This document shows, one piece after another, positions 27,901-41,933 of a stretch of 64,000 bases of DNA. The DNA comes from Paraspadella gotoi (Eukaryota; Animalia; Chaetognatha). The stretch covers positions 22,593,826-22,657,825 of the forward strand of contig CM119264.1 of assembly GCA_051294375.1 (NCBI GenBank). The letters run 5' to 3'. A model generated the notes under the pieces. That model worked only from the letters and a program-made list of their open reading frames with translations, searched no databases and was not told the origin of the DNA. A program made the position numbers and the translations under genes. Positions within the stretch are counted from its first letter, which is position 1. Each line of letters starts with the position of its first letter.

Positions 27901-29328
27901 GAATAATTTCAGGGACATCCGAGATAGAGTAGAAAAATTGGTTCGATGTCATTCAGAATGTCATTTCCTTTGTCATTAAAATAGGCGTCTCTGTTGAACC
28001 TTATAGTGGCGTCAATATCGTTAGTATTAAGATCGATTAAAGATTTATTTCTGTAAAAATATTAGGCAACTTAAATTCGGATATATTCATTTAACGTCAG
28101 AATCGATGACAGAATTTATGTCATCGTCACAATTTTCGTTTGTATCGAACTGACTGTAGGAGTATAGAAATAATTCCAAGCTTTTTACGTACATTTAGAC
28201 CTAAATATTTAAAACATTCCCATTAAATGGCCGAAATAAATATTTGTAGTCCACATCGACGTCTTCGGTCGTCGTTCGTTTAGACATCATTGTCATCTGT
28301 GACATCGTCAGAAATTCACATCCGGCCTTTCACATCCCTTTCCTCAACGTCTCACTTGATAAATGTCAAAATCATCGAGGTTTTTCTTTATTCGCTTTTT
28401 CCGCCTCCGATGCCATCTGACGCAGAAGACGCTCGTTCATGCACCCGACAAAAGCGCCATCTGTTTCCGTCACGACTCCATCGTCGCTCGTGAGAGTGTG
28501 AGAATGAATTCCGTTCCGAAAGAAGACCGGAATGACGCAGACGACGACGACGGTTATGACGACGACGAAGACGACGACGTCGAAGACCATAACAATAACC
28601 GTTGAGAATCAATGAAACCCATGCGGAAATGTCATTGTTAAAATTTTAATTTCTTTCCATTATGGCTTTTTTTTAATCATCATTGCAATGGTGGAATTCT
28701 GCGTCTAAAACCAAACCGTTACCTCGTGTTGGATTCCCGACGCGTTGCTGATGTTTACAAAGAACGATAGCGAGAACAACAACAATTAGGAAGGACTAAG
28801 ATTCCCTAGTTTAAAACCAACACAGATTCCGTTCGTCGACCGCGCGAATGAAAATTCGGGGTCGAAAGACGAAATTGGAAATCAGCTTCTATTTCTCGGA
28901 AAAGGAGGAAACGAATATGATGACTAAGACAACGACAAAGACGACGGCGAAAATGACCCCGACGACAAAGACAACGACGCTGACGAATGCGATTACGAAG
29001 TTGACGGAGGCGTTGTAGAAGATGACCCCGATGACTGCGATTGCAAAGGTGAGTAAAAAAGGAAAAAGACGAAGCTGACGATGACGAAGACGATAACTGG
29101 ATGGAAAGTATGGAATCTGGATAGAGATTGCGCGCAAAGTCCAGCGCTGATCCCTTTTCCGAGTTGGCACGAAAATCGTGAGCCGATCGAATGGGTCTCG
29201 CGACCCTTAACGCAACCGGCGTCGCCCGCGCCATCTGTTCCTTTTGCCCAGTCTATAAACAAGTCTAATCCTCTTTGCTTGTTTTTTTGTTTTTCTTTGT
29301 CTCTCTCTCTCTCTCTGCTTCTCTCCCT

Positions 29329-29380
<52 letters not shown>

Positions 29381-29483
29381 CCTTTCTTTCTATTCGCTTC
29401 TTTCTTTCTTTCTTTTTTTTCTTTTTTATTTTCTCTTTGAATCTCTTTCTTTTTATCTTTCTTCTATCTCTCTTTCTCTCTCT

Positions 29484-29545
<62 letters not shown>

Positions 29546-31145
29546 CCTCATCGGCTCCTCTCTCTCCTCTCGGTCCTGCACCTTCTTCACCCTATCAGCC
29601 CCGAATTCTCGGTTTTTCTCGAATCATATCAGGTCAATATTTATTTTCGCTTTTCCTCGGAATATTTCTTATGATCTGTCACGAAGAATCATTATTACGT
29701 CGTTCCGAGTGAGAATGGCCGTCGAGAACCATTCAGTTTAAGTCTCTAAGAACCGATAAGTTGTGAAACCAAATAAAAGTGGGTCTGTAACAATCACGAT
29801 AATCTTTCGTCACGTTTAATGTTTCAATTGTTCGTCTTACTTTCGGAAACAGGAACGACTGACCTCGCTGGCATAGACGACGTATTTAATCTTTTTTTTT
29901 TTTTATTCTTTCTTTACTTTTTTCCCTTTTCTTTCTTTTTTTATTTGGACGTCTCTTCTTTATTCCTTTCTTTTTAATCTTTCTCCGTCGGTTCCCTTGC
30001 CACCGTTCCAATTCCTCAATAACGATACGGAAAATTCGATTGGGATCTCATAAAAAACTTTTTCTCCGAGTCTCAGCCTAATTTTCACCATCTTTTACGT
30101 ATCCCACTCCCGTCCAAAACCCTGTGCCCACCCGACCCACGCCCCAAAACCCACAGATGGCGGTGGTCAGGCTGCGACCACAACGTCGAATTCGGTTCCA
30201 AGTTTTCCTCTCAGTTTTTGGAGTTGGAATCAGGGGGCGCGAGGGATATTCAGGCGCAAGTCACCAAACACAATGGCCGAGTGGGACGCTTGGTAAGTTA
30301 AAAAATTAAATGCTTGCTAAGCTTGGTTTTGTTGGAACTGATTTATAAAACTTATTACTGATTACGAACGAGAAATGGATGATTTTGACTCCGGAGTTGT
30401 TGATAATGAGCTAAATATTTTTCAGAGTACAATCATTTCAAATACTAAATTAACAAGTTTGAGCAAACAATGTCGGATCTGCCCACGTCCGTCCGTCCGT
30501 CCGTCCGTCCGTCCGTCCGTCCCACCTTAGTAAAAAGCACCAATTAGCAATTACTCGTGATTGGATGGATGGATTGGAATGAAATTTTGTGTGTGGGTAG
30601 GGAAGTGTGTGATTGAGCTGGATAAATGGAAAAAACAAAAAAAATTCACTATTTGAACTATTCATGAGGGATGGGGCGATTGACTTGAAATTTTGTATTT
30701 GGGTAGAAAAGTATGTGATTAAACTGGAAATCAAGTTTCGATGGAATCGTTTGAGTGGAATAAACAAAGAACCTGTTTCACTAATTGATTATGCTTCTTT
30801 TTCTTTTTATATCAAATGTAAATACAAGATGTATTAATTAAACAAATAAATAATCAGTTAATTAATAAATTAGTCAATTAATTAATCAATAATTAATTAT
30901 CAGTCAATTAATCAATCAAAACAACATTTTGGATCAAATTAATTAATTTCCTAATTAATTAAATAATTAACTTGAATATATAAATTATTAATTAATTAAA
31001 TAATAAATTAACTTAAATTAATTAATAATTAATTAATAATAATAATGATCGTGGGCAGATCCGACATTGTTTGCTCAAACTTGTTCTTTCTCCGTCTTTC
31101 TCCCAGAGAGACAAAAATAGAGAGATGAAGACAGAAAACGACAGA

Positions 31146-31189
<44 letters not shown>

Positions 31190-31875
31190 TCATCGTCTCC
31201 CACGAAGGGAACTTCCGCCTGAGATGAGGAGTCGACGCGTCTCTTCGCTCTTTTGTGTCCCACGCGAAAAACTGGGCGATGACGTGATTCGTCCAATGAC
31301 GTGAATCGGGCAATGACGTCAAACGGACAATCTCATTAATCGGGCAATGATGTTAATTGACCAATTGACGTCAATTTTGCAATGATGTCATTCGGGCAAT
31401 GATGTCAATTGTGCAATGACGTCAATCAGGCAATGACGTCAATCGGACAGTCACATAGAAGGGACTATGACGTCAAAGACGTTGATATGGCATAATATTA
31501 TTTAGACATCAATGAGGCAAGGTCACTCATGACATGAGGCTGCCACATCCATGTGATGACATTAATAATATAATGACATTGATGAAGTAACAAATTGGCA
31601 TTGAATTGGTAAAAATGAGTATGTCATCGCGATGTTTTCGAGGCATCAAAGTTAATCTCCCAATGTCAATGATGTCAAATTGTCAAATGTAGCAGTAATT
31701 ATCAGATTTAAACGCTATCATTGATCTAACATTCTAACAACGACGCAGAGCAATGACCTCACGCAAACTATAACCTTACAGCGCAAAAGTAACATTTGAA
31801 GCCATCGTTATTAAGTGACCCCCCACGTTTCGACCCGACTCGTCAAGAAGTGACTCCGTTCTCGTGCCAACTCAT

Positions 31876-31928
<53 letters not shown>

Positions 31929-33818
31929 CCGTTGAAATCGAATCGCGTTTCGTCACAAAAAATCGACAAGAAATGATATGAGAATCCGATAAGAAGGAAG
32001 CCTCACGAAGCCAGCGTAACGAATCGGAAATGAAAGGTGGCGTTGTGGCGGGGAGAGGTCGACGAGAGGGAAGTGTGAAAGTGGGTAAGGAGGGCGGGTG
32101 AGTGGTACGATGGGTGAGTGAGTATTGACAAATGGAAGAGGGAGAAAAGTGTCAGAAAGAGGTATAAACATGGGCCGTCTTTTCTGAAAGCGCTCAATGT
32201 CAACTTAAATTAGGAATTAAAACACTTTTTAAGTTTAAAAATTAACTTATGGATAAAGGTTCAAGGTTTTTGTTTATAGATTTAGTTAGGGATTAAGATT
32301 AGGGTAAGGATTAAGTTATAGGATTAGGATTAAGATTAAGGGTAAGGAGTAGCTTATAGAGTTAGGATTAAGATTAGGGGTAAGGATTAGGTTATATTGT
32401 AAGATTATGGGTAAGGATTAGGTTATATTGTAAGATTAGGGCTAAGGATTCGGGGTAAGGATTAGTTAATAAGGTTAGCAGATAAAGTTAAGGATTATGG
32501 TAATGAATAAGGGATTGCAATTCGGGATTAAATTTAAGAATTAGAATAAGAATAAAACTAAGGATTAGAATAAATATTTAAAAAAAGATTAAATATAAAT
32601 ATTAAGGTTAAAATTAAGTTCAAGGATTAGGAACAAAAATGGGGAGCTTTCGGAAAATAACGCCGGACTGCGGTGAACGGTGATGGTTTTTGTGTGGTGG
32701 AGATCAAGATCAATTCCATCGGGCAAGTGAGAGTTGGTCGAAACAAGATGGCGTAGTAATTAGTAATGAGTAATGAGTAATTAGTAATTAGTAAATGTGA
32801 GAAGTTTGAATGAACGGAAGAATCACAAATCGTGATATAAATTAAACGCCGTGTCATTGAGTTAAGAAAGTCGAGAAATGACAGTCGGCAAAAATGGGCA
32901 AATGAGAAAGAAAAGGAGGCGAAGGCTACAAATGGGGAAAACGTCAGGAATGACAAGTAAGAAGCGAGAAGCGACTCCAAAACAGAGGAGAAACCAAGAT
33001 TCGCGGGATTAAAGTCAAAAAGAGCGGAAAAGTGATGCAGCTGCGAAACAGAGGCCGGACGAAAATATGGCGGCCGCCCAAACTTTTTTCCCCTTTCTCG
33101 AGAAATTCTTATCCGAAATCCTAATGGTTTATGTCAAATGTNNNNNNNNNNNNNNNNNNNNNNNNNNNNNNNNNNNNNNNNNNNNNNNNNNNNNNNNNNN
33201 NNNNNNNNNNNNNNNNNNNNNNNNNNNNNNNNNNNNNNNNNNNNNNNNNNNNNNNNNNNNNNNNNNNNNNNNNNNNNNNNNNNNNNNNNNNNNNNNNNNN
33301 NNNNNNNNNNNNNNNNNNNNNNNNNNNNNNNNNNNNNNNNNNNNNNNNNNNNNNNNNNNNNNNNNNNNNNNNNNNNNNNNNNNNNNNNNNNNNNNNNNNN
33401 NNNNNNNNNNNNNNNNNNNNNNNNNNNNNNNNNNNNNNNNNNNNNNNNNNNNNNNNNNNNNNNNNNNNNNNNNNNNNNNNNNNNNNNNNNNNNNNNNNNN
33501 NNNNNNNNNNNNNNNNNNNNNNNNNNNNNNNNNNNNNNNNNNNNNNNNNNNNNNNNNNNNNNNNNNNNNNNNNNNNNNNNNNNNNNNNNNNNNNNNNNNN
33601 NNNNNNNNNNNNNNNNNNNNNNNNNNNNNNNNNNNNNNNNNNNNNNNNNNNNNNNNNNNNNNNNNNNNNNNNNNNNNNNNNNNNNNNNNNNNNNNNNNNN
33701 NNNNNNNNNNNNNNNNNNNNNNNNNNNNNNNNNNNNNNNNNNNNNNNNNNNNNNNNNNNNNNNNNNNNNNNNNNNNNNNNNNNNNNNNNNNNNNNNNNNN
33801 NNNNNNNNNNNNNNNNNN

Positions 33819-33849
<31 letters not shown>

Positions 33850-34228
33850 TGATGGATGAAAACGCGGAAAGCGTAAAAGAAATTTGAATTTGAATTCAAG
33901 AATTTCTTTTCTCACCGAATGATGATTTGTGAAAGGACTCGTGAAAAACGTGAGATTCACGACGTGGCCGTCCGACTTTGATTCACGACGGCCACCGGCG
34001 ATGAAGGCGACGGAAACGCGTGGGTTGGGAGGGAAGACGCTGGTGGTGGAGAGAGGAAGCTGGAGGGGGAACAGCGAGGAACAATCAAACACAGAGAGAA
34101 GATTCTCACAGAAGAATCGATAGCAAAAGCTTAAAGTCTTTTTAACTAGTTAAGAAATCAGGATGTGGACGAACTGATTATGAGCTCAAATCTCAAAAAC
34201 TAACAAATATCTCTCTCTCTCTCTCTCT

Positions 34229-34265
<37 letters not shown>

Positions 34266-35233
34266 CTTCATTATCGAAATATCCGCGAAACTGAGATCCT
34301 TTCATTAAAATTATTCTTGCGAAAAATAATCAAGCGGGCGACATTATTGATGACAAAGACGACAACGAAGAAGACATAATCACGAGTGAATGACAAGACA
34401 TAATTGATGACAAAGCAGACAGCGAAGAAGACATAATCAAGAGTGAATGACAAATTGTCCCCGACTAAGATTTTGTTTTTCCCCGAGGAAAAAAACAAGA
34501 AAGCAAGGAATAAGAATCTGAATCGGCCGAGTTTATGAATTTCGCATCAGTTTTTATGCAGAATTTTTCAGTCGAGGCTTAGTACATTCGAGCAAGAGTA
34601 ATTTTAATGTAGGTAAATTAGAAATTTAAATCATTTGATATTTTTGATTTCTGGTTTGTTTGTTTTTTTATTTTCAACGTTACTCTGTAGTCGGGCATTG
34701 CCTAGGTTCACCCCGCCTATAAGCATGACACCTTCAGTCCTGACCCGGTGGCTCATTGAGTAAAGCCATCAGCTCATGACCACTTGGTACCGGGTTCAAT
34801 CCCAATCCGGTACCTACCCTGCGGGAAGCGTGAGGACGGCCGTAAGCCGCCTTGGGGGCGTGGCAATCCCTCAAGCCTGGTTCCAAGCCCAGGACCCGTT
34901 CCATAGCTACTAAAGGGGGTTATAGAAGTTACGGATAGTCATCTTCAGCCCACTTAGCGCCTTATCCACAACTCTCCTGTAATACTAAAAAGACATTCTG
35001 TACCAAACAACAAAAATACATTAGAAATTAGGATTTTATATCAAATCTATGAAAGCGTTTTTTTAGACTTATAAATTTTGCTTTTTTTTTTTTTTTAATC
35101 ATAAAACGTACTTTTACACAATTGTGCGTTTTAACCAGATATTCACAGTTTTTCAAGTATTTTTCTGAAGTGAAAAATTGAAATTGGAGTTGACTATTTC
35201 TTATACCCTGGAGCGTTGTCAGCTAAGCACACA

Positions 35234-35270
<37 letters not shown>

Positions 35271-38200
35271 TTTTTATCCTTTGCCTCTGATCCGCGTTCG
35301 TTACCCACGCTGCGTTTGTTTGTTTTCGTTCAGTTGTTCAGTTTTTATTAGCAAATGGCAATTGAACTAGAAGAACGTTACAGAGCGCGACTTGAGAAGA
35401 GGGCGTGGCCCGGAGGGCGTGCCCTCGATGTCGCGAGTGACGCCTGACGAGAACAAAACAAAATCGGAAAGTCAATGAAGTGAAACCGCGAAATGTATCA
35501 ACCGATGCTGAATTCGTTTAAAAATCCCGAGAAGTGAAAAGCTGAGAAGTGAGAAAAAAAACGATCAGAAATTCTCTCTCTCTTTTCCTTTTCGATAATT
35601 TTCTAACTATTATTTTGATTAAAAATTAAAATGAAATAACGTGTTAGAAATTATCCATAATAATATTTTCACGGTTTCACGAAAATGTTTACAAATTGAA
35701 GGCATTCGCTCACCTTTCGACTTTTTCACACGAAACGACATGAATCAATGTAAAATTTACAAAATGTACATTTGCTTTTCTGGCGTACTACTACGAAAGT
35801 TCACTCACGATATAACTGACATCAATCGACCATTTCAAAGATTCTTGTGGTGAATTCACGGGATCGCCAACTTCTTCTAGACGGTGTCAAAGGCGTGAAG
35901 TCTTCTTCTTCGTCGATTAAGTTAATATTTAAGATAAAAATGGAATACTTGTTTGATAACTACCGAAGTGGTGAAAACCTCTTGTGCATAGTCATTGGAT
36001 GAAAGCACCCGTGATCGAATCCGGGAATTCATTATTTTGTTTATTGAAATAAAGTGTTTGTAATTATGTAAAACTTTGAAGAAGAGTTTATTTATAATTG
36101 GAATTAGGCCAATTTGGAAGGCAAAGAGTCCGGGATCGAATCCCACATTCTAACTTGCACGTTGCACAAAATTTTTCCAAAAGGAGCAAAACAATATCTT
36201 TTTTGTTTAAAATTGGTAAAAATTTATCTTAAGGAATAGAAACAATCTTGTTTTACAAGTTTAATCACGGATGATTTAACGAAAAGTCTCCGAAACCTGT
36301 CAAAAATCCCCCAAAACATGACCTTCCCCACAATTCCTCGTCTTTTGTTTGTTTTGGATTCCCGCGAAGAAACCGAAGAAACCCGACAGAGGTCGCAAGG
36401 ACTCATTTCACAAAAACTCTATTTTTTTTTCCTTTCTTCCTCTTCCATTTAATTTATCTCCTTTTCTTGCTCTTTACCCTTTTTCCGTTTCTCTGTGTTC
36501 TGTCACGATTGCCGCGTTTTCTCTCTGTTTTTGACTTGCTTGGGTTTTCTTCCTTGTGGTCTTTTAAATCGTATTCATTTTCTGTATATTTTTCTGTATT
36601 TATTTTATTGCAGAAAAATACTTGTTTATCTCGATATAACCAATAACCAATCCATAGCTCGAGTACATTCCTTCAAACCCCTTGACCCTTTCCTTCTCCT
36701 TCACCGCCTCCGGAATATTCTTTTCCAGTCTATTTTTCTTTCTCATTTTTCACGTTGTTCTTTTTTTTTCTGTTTGTCCTTTCTCTTTTCTTAATTCTTT
36801 TTTCTCGTCTGTTTGCGAATCTCGCTTCCGCATGTGTCAAGTCTTCCGTTTTCGATTTCGCAAGCATACATTCATTTATATTCATACAAAAACACTATAA
36901 AACAAAATGCTTAGTTTTATGTATTATTTGTGTTACATTTCATTTCACAAATCATAATTATTAGTATAACAACGAAATAATCGTTGTTAATAAAAGTAAA
37001 TTTCATGATTTTTTTGTTATCGCTCGTTCNNNNNNNNNNNNNNNNNNNNNNNNNTGTGACTTCTGCCAAACATCAACGTTTCCGGATTTGATGTTTTTTC
37101 CATTCCTTTGTATGCATATATAACCGGTTTTGATAATATACTTTATTTATGACAGATGAATGTTTTTGAGTTAATTAAATGTTTTTAAATGTAGCCTACG
37201 TTAGGATGTTCATGACTTTTCTTAAACTGTGAACGATTGTTTATTTAACTTCGAACTCACGCGAAATGCAAAAAATTCATCGTTTGGAAATCGCTTTTAC
37301 TCAGGTTGAAAATCACGCTTTGAACGTATGTCAGGATGTCCACTGTGACTCCCCTTATTCTTCTCCTCTTCCCTTTCCTCCTTCTCTTTCTCCTGATTAC
37401 CCGTATTCCTCTCTTTAGTTTAAATATTAGTTGGAACACTAAATAAAATGTCACTTTTTTTTTCTCTTCCTACTTTTAATCTCTAAAACTGATTGAGCTC
37501 GCTTTATTCTCTGAACGCGATTGCTTGTTTCCTCCATCCTCCCCCTTCTCATCCCCCCCCTCCTCTACCCCCTCTCACCCCTCCGCCTCACCCCTCACCC
37601 CGCTCACCCACGCTCCCAATAGCTTCAGTGTTTGTTTCTCTTATTTTCTCTAGTTTTTTATTGCGCCACCTTCTCACTCTTGCCTCTTTTTACGGTTCCA
37701 CCCTCTTTTCTACACATCTATTCTTAGGAAAAAGCATAACAGATAATTGTGAAAAGTTCATTAATTAAGCTGATAGAAAAATGCTACAAAACATGAGTAG
37801 AAATATTCTTTTATAGGTGCTCCTCGTTTGGCATCGGATTTCTGCCTACAGTTTTTTTAGGTACATTGCTCTTCTGTTTACAGCAAATTGATGGTACTTG
37901 ACAGTCGATATGCTTTTTCCATGACCTTTTGTTATTTGTAAGCGTATGTAGGAGACTTTGTTTTGCCATGGTTACTTCTAACATGATTTTACGCTTAACG
38001 AAGAATTGGAAGATAATATACTGAAAAAAATGATTGATCTAGATTAATTGAAGAACATTCCTTTAATATTTTTTAAAGCGAACAATGTTTTCGACTAAAT
38101 ATCCTTCTACAATACTGTATAACAAATTGTCTTGTTCCAGCCAACTTCCCCTTTACTTGTCCTACTTACTACTCTATTTTTCTAGCCCTGCTGCTTTCCT

Positions 38201-39208
38201 TTCCTTCAACCTTGGCTCCTTCTTCCTTTCCTCCTTACCCCTTCGCTACCTATGTCACTCTCCTTCCTTCACTTTCTTTCCTCCTTCTTCTTCCTTTCTT
38301 TTCTTATTTCCTATTAATTTTCTATTTTCTTTTCCTTCCCCTCATCTTACTCCGTCTTTTTTGACCTCAAAGGACTTTTATTCTTCAGTGTCCTCGTCAT
38401 TGTTCGTCGTCGTTATGCTCCATTTGCTCGTTATATGTTTCCCGATCTCTCTCTCTCTCGTCTATCTCTCTCTTCGTCGTCTCCTCCTCTTCTCTCTCTC
38501 TCCTCCTTCCTCTCTCTGTCTCTCTCGTCTCTCTTCTCTCTCTCTCTCTCTCTCTTCTCACGCTCGTTTCCACAGCAGCTTTCACACCAGCTTGAGAAGC
38601 AGGAATCCCCACCAGGCGGCGTGGGACGCAACAACTCTATGGAAGTTCGAACTAGAGATTTAAAGCCACCGGCAGCGCGCTGCCCACGCATAGCGACGCC
38701 CGCGAATTAACACCGGCTTTTCCCGTCTCGCGATGCTGCCTCGCTACGCAGGTTTCTCGTTTTATTGTGTTTTTGTTGCGTTTCCTTTGTTTTACTTGAA
38801 GTTAATGGTCCGGCAAAATTGAGGAGGAGAAGAGAGAGAAGAGAGAGAGGAGAGAGGAGAGAGAGATTGAGGAGAATCCTCTACTAAAAATGTGATATAC
38901 TTTTTTCCTAGATGGTACTTTCCATTCCTACTTATCTACCCCTATTCCTACTTCTGTTCCTACCTTACTAGGGCTTATTTTCATCCCTCTCTTTCTTCTT
39001 CCACCTTGCCTTCCTTCCTCTCTTCCTCCTAACCTTTCTATGTCACTTCCTCCTTCTCTTCCTCCTTCTCTTCCTCTCTTTTTTCTATTATCCTTTCATC
39101 TTTCTTTCCTTCCCTCATCTTCTCCGTCTTTTGACCTCAAAGGACTTTTTAGTGTTCAGTGTCCTTCGTCATTGTCGTCGTCGTTATTCTCCTGCTCGGT
39201 TATGTTCC

Positions 39209-39240
<32 letters not shown>

Positions 39241-41883
39241 NNNNNNNNNNNNNNNNNNNNNNNNNNNNNNNNNNNNNNNNNNNNNNNNNNNNNNNNNNNN
39301 NNNNNNNNNNNNNNNNNNNNNNNNNNNNNNNNNNNNNNNNNNNNNNNNNNNNNNNNNNNNNNNNNNNNNNNNNNNNNNNNNNNNNNNNNNNNNNNNNNNN
39401 NNNNNNNNNNNNNNNNNNNNNNNNNNNNNNNNNNNNNNNNNNNNNNNNNNNNNNNNNNNNNNNNNNNNNNNNNNNNNNNNNNNNNNNNNNNNNNNNNNCG
39501 CCGCGAGCGCCTCCTAGCAGGTTCTCGTTATTGTTGTTGTTGCGTTCCTTGTTTACTTTGAATTTAATGCCGCAAAAAGAGATAGAGAAAGAGAGNNNNN
39601 NNNNNNNNNNNNNNNNNNNNNNNNNNNNNNNNNNNNNNNNNNNNNNNNNNNNNNNNNNNNNNNNNNNNNNNNNNNNNNNNNNNNNNNNNNNNNNNNNNNN
39701 NNNNNNNNNNNNNNNNNNNNNNNNNNNNNNNNNNNNNNNNNNNNNNNNNNNNNNNNNNNNNNNNNNNNNNNNNNNNNNNNNNNNNNNNNNNNNNNNNNNN
39801 NNNNNNNNNNNNNNNNNNNNNNNNNNNNNNNNNNNNNNNNNNNNNNNNNNNNNNNNNNNNNNACAGACCTTCAAAACAAGCTCATGAAAAAGAGGGATAA
39901 ACATTATCGGAAGAGCAGGGTTAAAAATAGAACATCATATCTTTTTCTCTCTCTCTCTCTNNNNNNNNNNNNNNNNNNNNNNNNNNNNNNNNNNNNNNNN
40001 NNNNNNNNNNNNNNNNNNNNNNNNNNNNNNNNNNNNNNNNNNNNNNNNNNNNNNNNNNNNNNNNNNNNNNNNNNNNNNNNNNNNNNNNNNNNNNNNNNNN
40101 NNNNNNNNNNNNNNNNNNNNNNNNNNNNNNNNNNNNNNNNNNNNNNNNNNNNNNNNNNNNNNNNNNNNNNNNNNNNNNNNNNNNNNNNNNNNNNNNNNNN
40201 NNNNNNNNNNNNNNNNNNNNNNNNNNNNNNNNNNNNNNNNNNNNNNNNNNAAAAGCGAAGCTTTTTGAATTAGAGAAAAATTAAATGAGGGTTTTTTTTT
40301 GTTTTTTTTTTAACGCGGTAGCTTTTCGGTTGAGAAGGAAAATATTTTGAAGCTTTAGGATAAGAAGAGAAAGTAGATTTTAAAAAGTTGGAGAAGAAAT
40401 GAAGAAAGGATGAGAGAAAACAAAGTCTCGCCCTCTTTATTAAATTAGTTAATTAATTACCCCGTGTCCGTTCGCGAGTGACACCAAAAAAATCATTACT
40501 ATACTTTATATATTTAAAAAACATAATTCATAAGTATATCATAAGTTGGAGAACTACTTGACTTTTTTAGGTATAAGTTTCATTTCGTGTTTAATTAAAA
40601 TACTATTCTTTGTTTAATTCTTTCTCTAACACAGTAAAATTGGCAAAAAAATACCATTTTTGGCATGTTCTTGATTGAATTTTTAAAAGATTTTATATCA
40701 TNNNNNNNNNNNNNNNNNNNNNNNNNACAGTAACATATTGTGCAAAGAATAATTAGCGTAGGATTTTGCATGTTCTTGGATTGGATTTTTAAAAGATTTT
40801 TATATCATAGAAATTCATATTAATGGTCTAATCAATGGCGTATCTGAATTATCGTAATGTTAAGTAATTTTTTAGTAATAATTTTTTATTTATTTTTTAA
40901 TTGTAAATCTTAAGTTTTCTTTATACAATTCGTCCAATTACAAAAAAATGCTGTCCTGAGCATGTTCTTGACTGTTTTAAATAATTATTTTATATTGTAA
41001 GGATTCCCAGATAATTCTTAATTTAATGGTGTAAATGAATTTTAATAATTTTAATATTTAATGAGTAATTAATTTATAATGATTTTCTTTTTTAAAAGAT
41101 TCAATTTTTTACTGAAGATGAAATTGGATGACCATTAAAGAAAAGTTGTTTTATATAAGTAAATATCAAATTCATCTTATGAAATTAAAATATAATAAAC
41201 GTCAAGTACTTTGCTTCAGGATGAGGAAAAAAAATTTTAAAAATATTTATCCAATGATAAATGGTACGCATTTTTTTGGTGTCACTCGCGAATAAGTTAA
41301 TTATTTATTTACCTTCGTAGCGAAAATAAAATCTTTATCAATATTTAGAAATTCGGGATTGGGATTTACAATTATTTTGTTGCCATTAATTGCATTTCGA
41401 TACATGATTCGTCCATTTGAATCGAAAAAAAAATGCAATTAATACTAATTAATAATGTTTCTTCAACAACAAAAACTTTATTGCTTTTACATAATTTTTG
41501 AGGGGGCGCTACTAATGAAGAAAATCCTGTTTTTTTCCCCCTGATCTTTCGTTTACCCGCGGAAAAAAAATTATCGGGCAAATCCGCTTTTCTCGATTAA
41601 CGCCGGGAAAAGGAAAAAAAATTTTCCCGCGACCGCTAATGGACATCGCGATTAAAATAAAAGATGAAAAAAGGTCTGAATTTAAAAACAATCAAAATAT
41701 AAAACTTTAAAAAGGAAAATATTATTTTATGAAATCGCGGAACGATCTCTGAGAAGAAAAAAAAGGCAACGCCGGAATCCATTAAGACAGCAATTCCGGC
41801 GCCGTCCCTGGCGCCACTCACCTAAATCACTGAACCATCCACGCTGGGGAAAATCCTGCCGAATCTTTCTCTCTCTTTCTCTT

Positions 41884-41933
<50 letters not shown>

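Noticed and set aside
32280-32570. Interstitial telomere
   Set aside because: The units are too degenerate and mixed (TTAGG, TAAGG, TTAAG) to call telomeric.
38270-39570. Local direct duplication (about 38270-38800 vs 39040-39570)
   Set aside because: It is non-coding and interrupted by gaps, so a real duplication cannot be told from a haplotype artefact.
33067-40273. Long ORFs spanning N runs and (RE)n/(LS)n ORFs
   Set aside because: These are artefacts of gaps and (AG)n microsatellites.
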